Below are positions 40,794-51,377 of a DNA stretch of 64,000 nt, piece after piece (positions within the stretch are counted from its first letter, which is position 1; every line of letters begins with the position of its first letter). The translations under genes and the position numbers were made by a program. Below the pieces are notes generated by a model. That model had not been told where the DNA came from, did not search any database, and saw nothing but the letters and a program-made list of their open reading frames with translations. This DNA comes from an uncultured Methanomassiliicoccales archaeon (GTDB lineage: Archaea; Thermoplasmatota; Thermoplasmata; Methanomassiliicoccales; UBA472): positions 480,001 through 544,000 of the forward strand of contig OY968769.1 in the NCBI GenBank assembly GCA_963695345.1. Reading direction: 5' to 3'.

Positions 40794-41909
40794 TCATATT
40801 TTTGTGAACGATTCCACCGTACTCCTGCCCAGGACTTTGGCGAGCTCAAGACATAGCTTGGCCAAGTTCTCCTGGTCCTGCAGGTCGAACACACCGACGT
40901 GCGAGTGGATGTGCCTTACCGGAATCCCGACTGCGATCGTGGGAACCCCGGTATTGGCCACATGGATCGCCATTCCGTCGGTGCTTCCCCCTTTCACGTA
41001 CGAGAGCTGGTATGGTATCCTCTTTTTCTTACAGACGGAGATGACCAGCTCCTTGAGGGGCTGATTGGGGATCATGCCGCCATCCCAAACGGTGATGGCC
41101 GGCCCGCTTCCCATGCGCACCGGGGCCTGGATAGGGTCAATGCCGGGAACGTCCCCGGCAATGTCCACGTCGACTATGATGGCGACGTCCGGACGCACGC
41201 TATTAGCGACGGTCTTAGCTCCCCGAGTTCCGACCTCCTCCTGGACGGTGCAGGCCGCCACCACCTTGTTCGGATGTTGGATGTCATTCTCCTTCAGGGA
41301 CCGGACCAGGTCCAGGACAGTGCAGACACCCAGGCGGTCATCGAACGCCTTTCCCATGGCCAAGGTCCTCTTCCCAGCCTTCTTTCCGTCCTTGAACGCG
41401 GTCTTAGTGAACCAATTGAAACGGCTATCCGGTACGATGCAGTCGCCGAGCCTGACCCCTCGTTCCTCGACCTCCTCCTTGTTCGCGCACCCGATGTCGA
41501 TGAACATCTTGTCCTTGGTGACGACCTTCTTGATCTCCTCCGCCTCCATCAGGTGCGGGGGCTTGGATGCAATCACTCCGTTGATGGGTCCCTTGTTGGT
41601 CATGGCGACCACTCTCTGACCCAGAAGTACCTGGTCGAACCATCCGCCCAACTGGTTGAAGGTGAGATAACCGTGGGATCCGATGCCCGTCACTATGAAG
41701 CCGCATTCGTCCATGTGCGCTGCGAAAAGTACAGTGGGGCCTTCACTCCCATTCTTCTCGAACATTAGGTTACCGATATTGTCGTTGTAGACCCTGTCGG
41801 CGTATCCGGAAGCATAATCCTTGCAGACGAGCGCTACGTTCCTTTCGAAACCGGAAGGGCCAGGGACGTTGCTCAGTTCTTCGATCAATTTCAGAGATTT
41901 CTTATCCAT
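40794..41909 (-). CDS. M42-family (TET) aminopeptidase
   Basis: GPSGFE, AAHMDE, KAFDDR, VQEEVG, DVD, GGSTD, RHIHS. Confidence 0.92.
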   Translation of the reverse strand: MDKKSLKLIEELSNVPGPSGFERNVALVCKDYASGYADRVYNDNIGNLMFEKNGSEGPTVLFAAHMDECGFIVTGIGSHGYLTFNQLGGWFDQVLLGQRVVAMTNKGPINGVIASKPPHLMEAEEIKKVVTKDKMFIDIGCANKEEVEERGVRLGDCIVPDSRFNWFTKTAFKDGKKAGKRTLAMGKAFDDRLGVCTVLDLVRSLKENDIQHPNKVVAACTVQEEVGTRGAKTVANSVRPDVAIIVDVDIAGDVPGIDPIQAPVRMGSGPAITVWDGGMIPNQPLKELVISVCKKKRIPYQLSYVKGGSTDGMAIHVANTGVPTIAVGIPVRHIHSHVGVFDLQDQENLAKLCLELAKVLGRSTVESFTKI

Positions 41910-42511
41910 TGGAATCGCCAGATCATGATATGGGTTTCCATATCTTGCTGATATGGCTGAAATCCATTTCATCTGATAAATACATTGGTCCGAGAAGGAC
42001 ATAAAAGACCCAGCATCCAGCCTGATCACAGCCTGGTTCGAGAGATGGAAATCGTATCCCGCTCCTGGATGTTGACGAGGATGTCGGAGTCGGATAGATG
42101 TTTGATGACCTCTGAGATGTGGTCATCTGGATGATGCATGGTTATGATATGGAGGGAGCCTACGAGGTCTTTGGCATCGGACGCTGTCGAGTCGTTCTGG
42201 CATATTGCCGGATAACCATACTGATGGGCATCGCCGTCCTGGTAACAAATGAGAGGAGTTACATTGTCCAAGGATGGGGTAAAATCCACGATCAATGGTC
42301 TCGAAATGCCTGGGCGACTTGTCGTTTCATGCATCGAGATCAAGAGGGCTGGAAGGTATCATTTCCTCTTGCAGAAAAACGATCACGAACAGGATCAAGC
42401 CACTGCCATTCTGACCATGACCATCGAGGTTTTGGAATGGACGAGGACGGAGATGGAAGCAGCGTTCATATGAATAATCATTTTATCCTTGATGCCATTA
42501 CGAGGGACAAG

Positions 42512-42588
42512 GCCACCATAGCTCAGCCCGGTTGAGCGGCTGACTTGTAATCAGCAGGTCGGGAGTTCGAATCTCCCTGGTGGCTCCA
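42512..42588 (+). tRNA. tRNA-Thr (TGT)
   Basis: GCCACCA/TGGTGGC acceptor + T + CCA; GCTGA-CT-TGT-AA-TCAGC; GGGAG-TTCGAAT-CTCCC. Confidence 0.95.
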
Positions 42589-42761
42589 TAGCTTTTCTTA
42601 CTTCCTGTCATTCGCCTCGCGTCAATCAAAACTCGGATGTCAATAGTCGATATTTCCCGAAATGCGTCTCCTTAGATAGTTAAAAAAGAGGAACGTTGAT
42701 GCGAATAGATTAGTAATAGTGCATTCCTAGCCGTCTTAGAGAATATCAGGGACCATTTACA

Positions 42762-42968
42762 ATGAAAACAAATGAGAAGAGACCGCTGGCTGAGGTAGAA
42801 AAGGAATATCTGGGCAGAGTATGGACCGCGAGCATCGACCACGAACCGGGATTGGAAGGATTCCGCTATTGGGTCTCAGAGAGGGACGGCACTATCTGCA
42901 AGATCATGGAAGACAGCGGTGTCGAGGAAATGGCTCTTAGAAAATCGCGGAAGAAGAAGAAAAACTAG
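42762..42968 (+). CDS. Hypothetical small protein with basic C-terminus
   Basis: 68-aa ORF after an AT-rich region; ends in TAG. Confidence 0.45.
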   Translation: MKTNEKRPLAEVEKEYLGRVWTASIDHEPGLEGFRYWVSERDGTICKIMEDSGVEEMALRKSRKKKKN

Positions 42969-42986
42969 GACCGGAGCGTTGGGACC

Positions 42987-43334
42987 TCAATCCCAATAAA
43001 TATCATTTTCCTGGAACCCGACCTTAAGGACCAGTATCCTGAAATCATGATGGATCACCGGGTTCCCGTGGACGTCCCCCGGCTCGCAGATAACTATGTC
43101 GCCCGGGCTCATTGTGACATTCTTGCCGTTGATGACGAAGGGCGCCTCGTCCAGGGCATAGAATATCTCGGTCTGGAAACGGTGATGGTGCTGACGCACT
43201 ACCTCCCCCTTCCGGAACTCCACTTCCTGGATGAAAGAACCGGGGATGCCCAGGCCTGATTCGTCGATCAGCACCTTTTTGGTATACCCCTCTCCCTGCA
43301 CGACCTTGGCCCGATCATGCTTAATGAGCTTCAT
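42987..43334 (-). CDS. Cupin-domain protein
   Basis: HHHRFQTEIFY and PGD-x4-EPGDVH cupin motifs. Confidence 0.8.
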   Translation of the reverse strand: MKLIKHDRAKVVQGEGYTKKVLIDESGLGIPGSFIQEVEFRKGEVVRQHHHRFQTEIFYALDEAPFVINGKNVTMSPGDIVICEPGDVHGNPVIHHDFRILVLKVGFQENDIYWD

Positions 43335-43338
43335 CGGA

Positions 43339-44715
43339 CTACTTCCGCGCGTCCCTTATGGCGCCCTCGAGAACGTCCAGGCCGGCATCGATCTGTTCGA
43401 TCGGGGTTATGATGGGCGGTATGACCCGGATGCCGGACCTTCCGCAACCCAGGGTTATCAATCCCCTCTTCATGCACAGTTCATCGACCTTGTCTCGGAG
43501 CCGGCAGGCCGGGGTCTTGGTCTTCCGGTCCTCCACCAGTTCGATCGCCTGCATCATGCCGAACCCGCGTACGTCACCTATCTCCTCGAACTTCTCCTTC
43601 ATCTCGTCGAGCCGCTTCCTCAGGTGGACCCCCTTGACCGCCGCCATCTCCACGATGCCGTCCTCCTCGTAGACATCCAGGGTAGCCATCGCCGAAGCGC
43701 AGGCAACGCAGTTGCCCCCGTAGGTGTTGGAGTGTGCCCCTTTGACCTTCCAATCAAGCTCGCTCCGGAATGTGGTGGCGGCTATGGGAAGTCCCGAGCC
43801 CAGGGATTTGGCCATGCAGGCAATGTCCGGCTCGATGCCGTGGTGCTCGATGCACCACATCTTCCCCGAACGGCCCATTCCCGCCTGGACCTCATCGTCA
43901 ACCAGCAGGATACCTTCCTTGTTGATGATATCGTAGACCTTCTTCGCCCAACCCACCGGCGGGACGATGTAACCGCCCTCGCCCTGGACCGGTTCCATGA
44001 AGAGGGCGGCGACCTCCTCCGGAGGCGTAATGGTCTCGAAATAGATCTCCTTCAGGATGTCGGCGCACCATATGCCGCATGAGGGATACTCCAGATGGTA
44101 GGGGCACCGGTAGCAGTAGGCGTACGGTATGTGGGTAACCCCCGGCATCATGGGAGTGTAGCGCGCCCTCTGGACCTTCTTCGAGGCCGTTAGGGAGAGA
44201 GAACCCATCGTGCGGCCGTGGAATGCCCCGATGAACGCGATGAACTGCTTGCGGTCCGGCCGGTTCCAGCGGGCCAGCTTGATAGCCGCTTCGATCGATT
44301 CGGTGCCAGAGTTGGAGAAGAATATCTTTTTCTTGTAGTGGCCCGGCCCCACCTTGCACAGGCGTTTGGCCAGTTCGGACTGTATGTCGTAGTAGTAATC
44401 GGTCCCGGCGAAATGCATCAGCTTCGCGGCTTGTTCCTGGACCGCCTTGACCACCTTCGGATGGCAATGACCGATGTTAAGGACCGCCACACCGCTGGCG
44501 AAATCGAGGAGCAGGTTCCCGTCAACGTCCCGGATCACCGCACCGGAGGCGCTTTCCACCGCAATCGGCGCAGCTTTCGTCGAGGTGGCGACGAACTCAT
44601 TGTCCATCTCGATTATCTTCTTGGCATTCGGCCCCGGCGGTTCGATCACTATGTTGGGAACTTTTTCCACGATATCGCGCTCCGTGCTCCGGACGGTCTT
44701 AATCGTAGACAACAT
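43339..44715 (-). CDS. Class III PLP aminotransferase (GABA/ornithine aminotransferase-like)
   Basis: DVDGN, NSGTES, FHGRT, EPVQGEGG, DEVQAGMGR, AKSLGSG, NTYGGN; ends in TAG. Confidence 0.9.
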   Translation of the reverse strand: MLSTIKTVRSTERDIVEKVPNIVIEPPGPNAKKIIEMDNEFVATSTKAAPIAVESASGAVIRDVDGNLLLDFASGVAVLNIGHCHPKVVKAVQEQAAKLMHFAGTDYYYDIQSELAKRLCKVGPGHYKKKIFFSNSGTESIEAAIKLARWNRPDRKQFIAFIGAFHGRTMGSLSLTASKKVQRARYTPMMPGVTHIPYAYCYRCPYHLEYPSCGIWCADILKEIYFETITPPEEVAALFMEPVQGEGGYIVPPVGWAKKVYDIINKEGILLVDDEVQAGMGRSGKMWCIEHHGIEPDIACMAKSLGSGLPIAATTFRSELDWKVKGAHSNTYGGNCVACASAMATLDVYEEDGIVEMAAVKGVHLRKRLDEMKEKFEEIGDVRGFGMMQAIELVEDRKTKTPACRLRDKVDELCMKRGLITLGCGRSGIRVIPPIITPIEQIDAGLDVLEGAIRDARK

Positions 44716-44785
44716 TATATGATGATTTGCTGGAAGGCCGTCCAGTTCCTTTTAGGATACGCTCAAGGGCATTTATCCCCCGGGC

Positions 44786-45471
44786 CTAGTCCTCGATCCC
44801 TTCCGCAAGTTCCGCGCTGGCGATCATCTTGGAGAGGATCTCGTAGGCATGGATCATGTCCTTCTCGTCCACGATGAAGATGGTATCGGTATAGCAGGAG
44901 ACGGACTCCGCCACGTTGACGTTGTTCTCGGACAGGTTCGAAGCCAGGTAGGAGAAGACCCCGCTGGTCTCCATGATCTTCTCCGGGGACTTGACGGATA
45001 TCTCCACCAGGCTGGGACGGACCCGCAGGACGTTCTCCTTGCCTACCGCGTTGACGACCTCGTTCTTGAGCTTCTCGTCGGCGATGATGGTGATGGCGTG
45101 AGCGCCTTGGATGACCTGCATTATGGCCTTCTCATTGATCAGCCTCTGGAAGATCGTCTCGAGCTTATGCAGCACGGTCCAATCGTTCTTGGCGGTGACT
45201 GCGCAGACCTTGGTCTTGACCTCCAGGCGGCTGTTGCCCAGGATCTTGAGCACGTCCTTCTCGTGGTCCTTTTTGGAGAGCTTGACCGAATAACGCCGGC
45301 AAGCGATCATGACCGCCTCCTCGTTCTTCACATTGAGGTCCTTCATGATCAATCGGCGAGCGATGAGTAGTTGATGAGATCCTTGGAGATGCAGTCCTTG
45401 ATGCTGGGATGAGCGTCTATGTATGCCCTGGTCTTCTCAGCTATGCTCTCCTTGGGAGCCTGTTCTTTCAT
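44786..45471 (-). CDS. ACT-domain regulator of amino-acid metabolism; frameshift near 45355
   Basis: N-terminal HPSIKDCISKDLINYSSLA, then EAVMIACRRY and a C-terminal ACT domain (SCYTDTIF); ends in TAG. Confidence 0.75.
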
Positions 45472-45529
45472 GTAAATCAAACATATAATAAAAGAGATAT
45501 TTGAGCGTGTCTGTTTCTAGACACATTGC

Positions 45530-46714
45530 TCATTGGATGGCGAGGAAGGACGCCAAGGAATCGTTGAAGGTCTTCACCGAGGCCTCGGAGATGATCAGGG
45601 GAGGTACCGCGCGCACCACCTGGGAGGCGGCCACGTTGATCAGGAGCCTCTTATCCAGACCGAACCTCTGGAACTCCTTGGCCTTATCCCCCATCTCAAT
45701 GCCGGTCATCAGACCTAGACCCCGAACGTCCTTGACGCATCTCGTGACCGGAAACTATCCGGGCAAGGTTGGAACGCCACTTGTCGCCCATCTCGGCGGA
45801 GCGCTCCACCAGCCTGTCCTTTTTCATGGTGTTGATGACAGCGCAGGCGGCCGCACAGGCCAGCGGGTTTCCCCCGAAGGTGGTCCCATGCGATCCGGGA
45901 GTGAACGCCTTCGATATTTCCCTGGTGGAGACCAGCGCGCCGATGGGAACGCCGCCGCCCAGCGCCTTGGCCAAGGTGATCATGTCCGGCACCACATCGA
46001 AATGCTGGAACCCGAACCATTTGCCCGTCCGCCCCATGCCGGTCTGGACCTCGTCGACGATCATCAGCGCACCGGTGTCGTGGCATACGTCCCGAGCGGT
46101 CCTGATGAACTCGGCGGGTGGCCGACTTAACACCTCCCTCCCCCTGGATGGGTTCCAGCATGACCCCGGCCGTCTCCTTGGTGACCGCCACCTTCAGCGC
46201 CTCCGGGTCGTTGAAAGGCACGAATGAGAACGCCTGTGACAGCAACGGTTCGAAACCGGTCTGGTATTTCACCTGGCCAGTGGCCGAGAGCGCTCCCGCC
46301 GTGCGGCCATGGAACGAGTTCTTGGCAGGCCACGAAATGCTTGCGTCCGGTGGCCTTGGAGGCTAATTTGAGCGCCGCCTCATTGGCCTCGGCGCCGCTG
46401 TTGACGAACATGGATACGCCCAACGGACTGGGGACCGTCGAGGCGATCGCCTCGCCCAGGTCGGCCTGCTCCTGCACGTAGTAGAGGTTCGAGACGTGTA
46501 TCATCTTCTGGGCCTGTTCGGAGATGGCCTTCACCAACGCCGGGTGGTTATGGCCCAAAGCGTTGACCGCGATGCCCGCCACGTAATCGATGTATTGGTT
46601 TCCCTGCAGGTCGTACAGGAACTCCCTTTCCCCGCGCGAGAAACAGATGTCCTCACGGCCATAGTTCTGGAACAGATATGCTGAACTGAGCAACTTGACT
46701 TCTTCGAAATCCAT
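45530..46714 (-). CDS. argD: Acetylornithine aminotransferase (several frameshifts)
   Basis: [55 protein letters not shown] across frames. Confidence 0.88.
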
Positions 46715-46773
46715 CTTGATCCCTCCGGTCATGTGATATTCATGTGATGTTATTGATAATGCTGCTGTTAGTT

Positions 46774-47637
46774 CTAGGGTTTTATCCGGGTGCCCCGGTT
46801 CTCGCCCTTGAGGAGCTGGGATACGATCGCCTCCGGGTCCTTCCCGCAGATGATGTTCGCCGCGCCCCCCATCGATACGGCAAGACAGCAGGCCTCCAGC
46901 TTCGGGATCATACCTTCTTTGACGATCCCGTCGGCGACCAGCTTCGCCACCTCTTCCGTTCTGATGTCCCGGATGACCGAATCGAGGTTCCCGAACTCCC
47001 TCATGAGCCCCGGTACGTCGGTCACCAGGATGAACTCGGCTGCCTGCACCGCCCTGGCCACGTGCGCGGCAGCGGTGTCGGCGTTCACATTGTAGAGATG
47101 TCCCACCCCATCGGCGCATATCGAATAGATGACCGGGACGAAGCCCAGACCGACGAGCCATTCAATGGACCGCGGATCGACCGATACTACCTCGCCCACG
47201 TGCCCCAGGTCCGCAACGATCTCGACACCGTTCTCGACACCTCTGATCGGGCTCCATCCTGCGGCACGCGATGGTCCCGCACTCCGAACCGGCCAGGCCT
47301 ATCGCTTTGACGCCCGCAGTACGGATCGAGGCGACCAAGGAATCGTTGATCCTGCCGAGGACCGTCTTTGCCACCATCAGAGTGTTGTCATCGGTGACCC
47401 TCAGACCCAGCACCTTGCGCACCGGGAGACCGTTCTTCTTCATCTCCTCGGTGATCTCCGGACCGCCTCCATGGACGATGACCGGCTTTACCCCGAGGGA
47501 TACCAGAAGGGCAATGTCACGGCTGAACCGGCCTTGGTCGTTGGCGCCCCCGATGGAACTGCCGCCGAACTTGATGACTACGATCTTACCCTTCAGCTCC
47601 TCGCGCCCGCGGATATTCCGAACCGTTCAATGGCCAT
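46774..47637 (-). CDS. argB: Acetylglutamate kinase (several frameshifts)
   Basis: VIKFGG, VHGGGPEI, GLRVTD, NVNAD, TDVPG, GMIPK across frames; ends in TAG. Confidence 0.88.
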
Positions 47638-47648
47638 GATGACCGCCC

Positions 47649-48878
47649 TCAGGTCGTGTACATGGCGTTGATCTTCACGTAGTCATACGTGAGATCGCAT
47701 CCCCACGCCTCGCCGGACGAGAAACCGACCGCCAGGTTCAGGTCGCATTATGATCTTCTTGCCGGAGAGGATCTTTCTCACGTCCACCTCGGACTGGGTC
47801 CCCGGTATCATGGTGGGAGAACCGTGTCTCGAACAGCGTCACGGTTGTCTCCTCGTCGCTGAGCCTGAGGACGACCTCGTCCAGCTTGAAGTCGGCCCCG
47901 GAGTTGCCCAGTGCCGACAGTATGCGGCCGAAGTTGGGGTCCGCCCCGAACACCGCCGTCTTGACCAGGCTCGACGACATTATCCCTTGGCGGCGCAACC
48001 TTGCCTCCTTCGGGTCCTTGGCGCCGGTGATCCTGACCTCGATGAGCTTCGTCGCCCCTTCACCGTCAATGACGACCTTCTTGGCCAGCATCTGGGCCAC
48101 GTAGCGCACGCGCATCCCAGAAGGCGGAATCATTGTCCGCCGCGGCGCCGCCCGCGCATCCGTTCGCCATGAGGATCGAGATATCATTGGTGCTCTGGTC
48201 CCCGTCCACGCTGATCACGTTGAAGGACTGGTCCATCATCTCCTGCCATTGGTTGTTGATGTTCTCATCCAGCCTGGCGTCGGTGGTGATGAAGGATAGT
48301 GTCGTAGCATGCAGCACCTTGACGTTGGGGGAGATCATGCCGCTGCCTTTGGTGATGCCCGCTATGGTGACCAATGTCCCATCCTTCAAGGTGACCTCGC
48401 ATGCCGCCTGCTTCTCCACGGTGTCCGTGGTCATGATGGCCCGGGCGGCCGCCAGATCAGCATCCTTGCCTTGGCCGAGGTGCTTCACCGCCAGCGGTAT
48501 GCCGCCCATCACCTTGTCCATGGGCAGGAACCGGGATATGACCCCGGTGGACGCTATGCCGACCAGATCCTCCTTGATCTTCAGCTCATTGGCCAGACCG
48601 GAGATCATCTGGTTCGCGTCGGAAAGACCGCGGGGCCCGGTGATGGCATTGGCATTGCCGGAGTTGACGATTATCGCCTGCAGCATGCTGGGGTCCTTCT
48701 TCATCATGATCTCGATGGGCGCGGCACGGACGCGGTTCTGGGTGTAGGCCACGGCGCAGCGGGCCGGCCGCTCCGAGTAGATGACGGCCAGGTCCAACTT
48801 CTCTTTCTTGATGCCGCAGTGAATGCCTGCCGCCTTGAATCCCTTCGGCGAGGTTATCCCGCCCTCAGTTGTCTCCAT
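47649..48878 (-). CDS. argJ: Ornithine acetyltransferase (several frameshifts)
   Basis: [65 protein letters not shown]. Confidence 0.9.
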
Positions 48879-48880
48879 TT

Positions 48881-49900
48881 TCAAACCCCCAGTCCCGGGA
48901 AATCCAGTCCCGTTTTCTCGTCCAGACCGAACATGATGTTGCAGTTCTGGATCGCCTGGCCGGACGCCCCCTTCACCAGGTTGTCCAGCGCGCTCATTAC
49001 CACTACGTTGCGTTCGCCCACGGTCTCGAACCCGATCTCGATGAAGTTCGATCCGGCCACCGATTGCATGGTGGGCATCGGTTCGAATTTGATGAAACGA
49101 GAACCGGAATAGAAATCACGGTACATTGAGGCGATATCTTCCTTGGCCATCGGCTCCTTCAGGCGCGGATAGGATGTGCACAGCATGCCCCTGACGACCG
49201 GAACCAGGTGGGGCGTGAAGATCAGCTCGACCGGCGTTCCGGAGACCCTCTCCAGGACCATCTTGAATCTCGGGCATGTGCCGGTGCGTCCCCGACCTTG
49301 TAGGGGGTCAGGCTCGCTCCGCAGGTCGGGTGATGGGTGGCCTTGGTGGGCTCGGCCCCGGCTCCGGACGTGCCGCTCTTGGCATCGACGATGACCCGTT
49401 CCTCGACGAGGCCTTTGGCGAACAGCGGCGCCAGGGCCAGGGTGGAACAGGTGGGGTAGCAGCCAGGATTGGCCACCAGGTGGGCACCCTTGATCTTGTC
49501 CCGGAACAGTTCGGGAATGCCGTAGACCGCCTTGGAGAGGTTCTCCTTGTCCCGGTGCTCCAGACCATACCACTTCTTGTACAGTTCCGGGTCGAACAGA
49601 CGATAGTCACCGGAAAGGTCGATGACCTTGACGCCCGAAGATGACAGCTCCGGAACCACATCCATGGATGCTCCGTGGGGCGTGGCCGTGAAGACCACAT
49701 CATAGTCGTTGCCCTGCAGCTTCTCGGTGAAGTTGAGGTCGACGAACCCGTTCAGGAACGGATGGACCTTGGCGACCTTGAGCCCGGCATGCTGCCTGGA
49801 GGTCATCGCCTGGAGCCTTGATTTCAGGATGACGGCATAGCAGGCGGGCCAATTCCCCGCCAGTGTACCCCGAACCGCCGATTATCGCTGCACTTATCAT
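48881..49900 (-). CDS. argC: N-acetyl-gamma-glutamyl-phosphate reductase (frameshifts)
   Basis: GGSGYTGGEL, DLSGDYR, ANPGCYPT, SGTSGAG, FTPHL, DNLVKGASGQA. Confidence 0.9.
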
Positions 49901-50123
49901 GAATCTGTCCTCAATCCTTTGTGAAGAGTTGCCGAATTACGAAAGATGTTTATTAAGCATGATGACCCAAATGAGACAATCGGAATCTCCCCTGTCCCTG
50001 TCGGAACTATGGCCAGCCCCTGGGTTTTTCGAGATGTCCGAAAGAAGACGTCCATGGCCGCAAATGTCTCTCTCTTGTCATCATCGCTTAATAAGCTCCG
50101 GCCGCTCACCGAAAAAGATTGAC

Positions 50124-51368
50124 ATGGCACCCAGTAAGAAAGCTAGTAAATCATCGGTCAAGTCATCCGAGCGCAAGAAGGTCGTTCTTGCTTACTCCGG
50201 CGGGTTGGACACCTCGGTCGCCATCCGCTGGCTTCAGGACAAGTACGACGTCGACGTGATCGCCGTCGGAGTCGACGTGGGACAGCCCGGCCAGATGGAC
50301 GAGGCCATCGAACGTGCCTACACCATCGGAGCCGTCAAGGCATACGCGGTGGACGCGAAGAAGGAGTTCGCCGAGAGCTATGTCTTCAAGGCCCTGAAGG
50401 CCAACGCTCTCTACATGGGCTCATACCCGATGGCGACATCGATCGCCAGGCCGCTCATCGCCAAGATCCTGGTGGATGTGGCAAAGAAGGAGAAGGCCCA
50501 ATACATCGCCCACGGATGCACGGCAAAGGGCAACGACCAGGTACGTTTTGATGTCTCCATCGGCGCACTGGCACCGGACCTGGAGATCATCGCCCCGATG
50601 CGTGAGTGGATCATGACCCGTGAGGAAGAGATCGAGTATGCCCGTAAGAACAAGATCCCCATCAAGGTGAAGAAAGCGACACCCTACAGCACCGACGAGA
50701 ACCTCTGGGGCAGGTCCTGCGAATGCGGTTGCCTGGAGGATGCCTGGCAGGAGCCGCCGGAGGATGCTTTCGAGTGGACCAAGAGCCCGGCCGCGGCACC
50801 CGACAAACCAACCTATGTCGAGATCGGATTCGAGAAAGGCCTCCCGGTCTCGCTGGATGGAAAGAAATACAGTGCCGTGGACCTGATCGAGAAGCTCAAT
50901 GTCATCGCCGGCGAGAACGGCGTCGGCCGCATAGACCAGATGGAGGACCGCCTGGTGGGCATCAAGTCCAGGGAGATCTACGAATCACCTGCCGCCGTCG
51001 TACTGATCGAGGCCCATCGTGACCTGGAAAAAATGGTACTGACCAAGGATGTCAACAACTTCAAGCGCCTCACCGAACAGCGGTACGCCGAGCTGTGCTA
51101 CGATGGACTGTGGTTCTCGCCCCTGAAGGACGCCCTGGACGCATTCATGGACTCAACCCAGGAATACGTGACCGGGACCGTCCGGGTGAAGTTGTTCAAG
51201 GGAAGCGCGGTGGTCGTTGGCCGGATGTCGAAGTATTCGCTGTACGACCATGGACTGGCCACCTATGCCAAGGGAGACCAGTTCGACCATACCTGTGCCA
51301 AGGGATTCATCTACGTCTGGGGACTGCCGCTGAAGAACGTGGCGTCGACCCAGAAGCTGAAGAAGTAG
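50124..51368 (+). CDS. argG: Argininosuccinate synthase
   Basis: LAYSGGLDTS, HGCTAKGNDQVRF, DENLWG, KSREIYE; ends in TAG at 51366-51368. Confidence 0.96.
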   Translation: MAPSKKASKSSVKSSERKKVVLAYSGGLDTSVAIRWLQDKYDVDVIAVGVDVGQPGQMDEAIERAYTIGAVKAYAVDAKKEFAESYVFKALKANALYMGSYPMATSIARPLIAKILVDVAKKEKAQYIAHGCTAKGNDQVRFDVSIGALAPDLEIIAPMREWIMTREEEIEYARKNKIPIKVKKATPYSTDENLWGRSCECGCLEDAWQEPPEDAFEWTKSPAAAPDKPTYVEIGFEKGLPVSLDGKKYSAVDLIEKLNVIAGENGVGRIDQMEDRLVGIKSREIYESPAAVVLIEAHRDLEKMVLTKDVNNFKRLTEQRYAELCYDGLWFSPLKDALDAFMDSTQEYVTGTVRVKLFKGSAVVVGRMSKYSLYDHGLATYAKGDQFDHTCAKGFIYVWGLPLKNVASTQKLKK

Positions 51369-51377
51369 GTGCCTCAA

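Noticed and set aside
41950-42535. ORFs between the M42 peptidase and tRNA-Thr (42119-42535, 42249-42473, 42026-42343)
   Set aside because: No recognisable motifs, they overlap one another, and one runs into the tRNA; at most a degraded gene.
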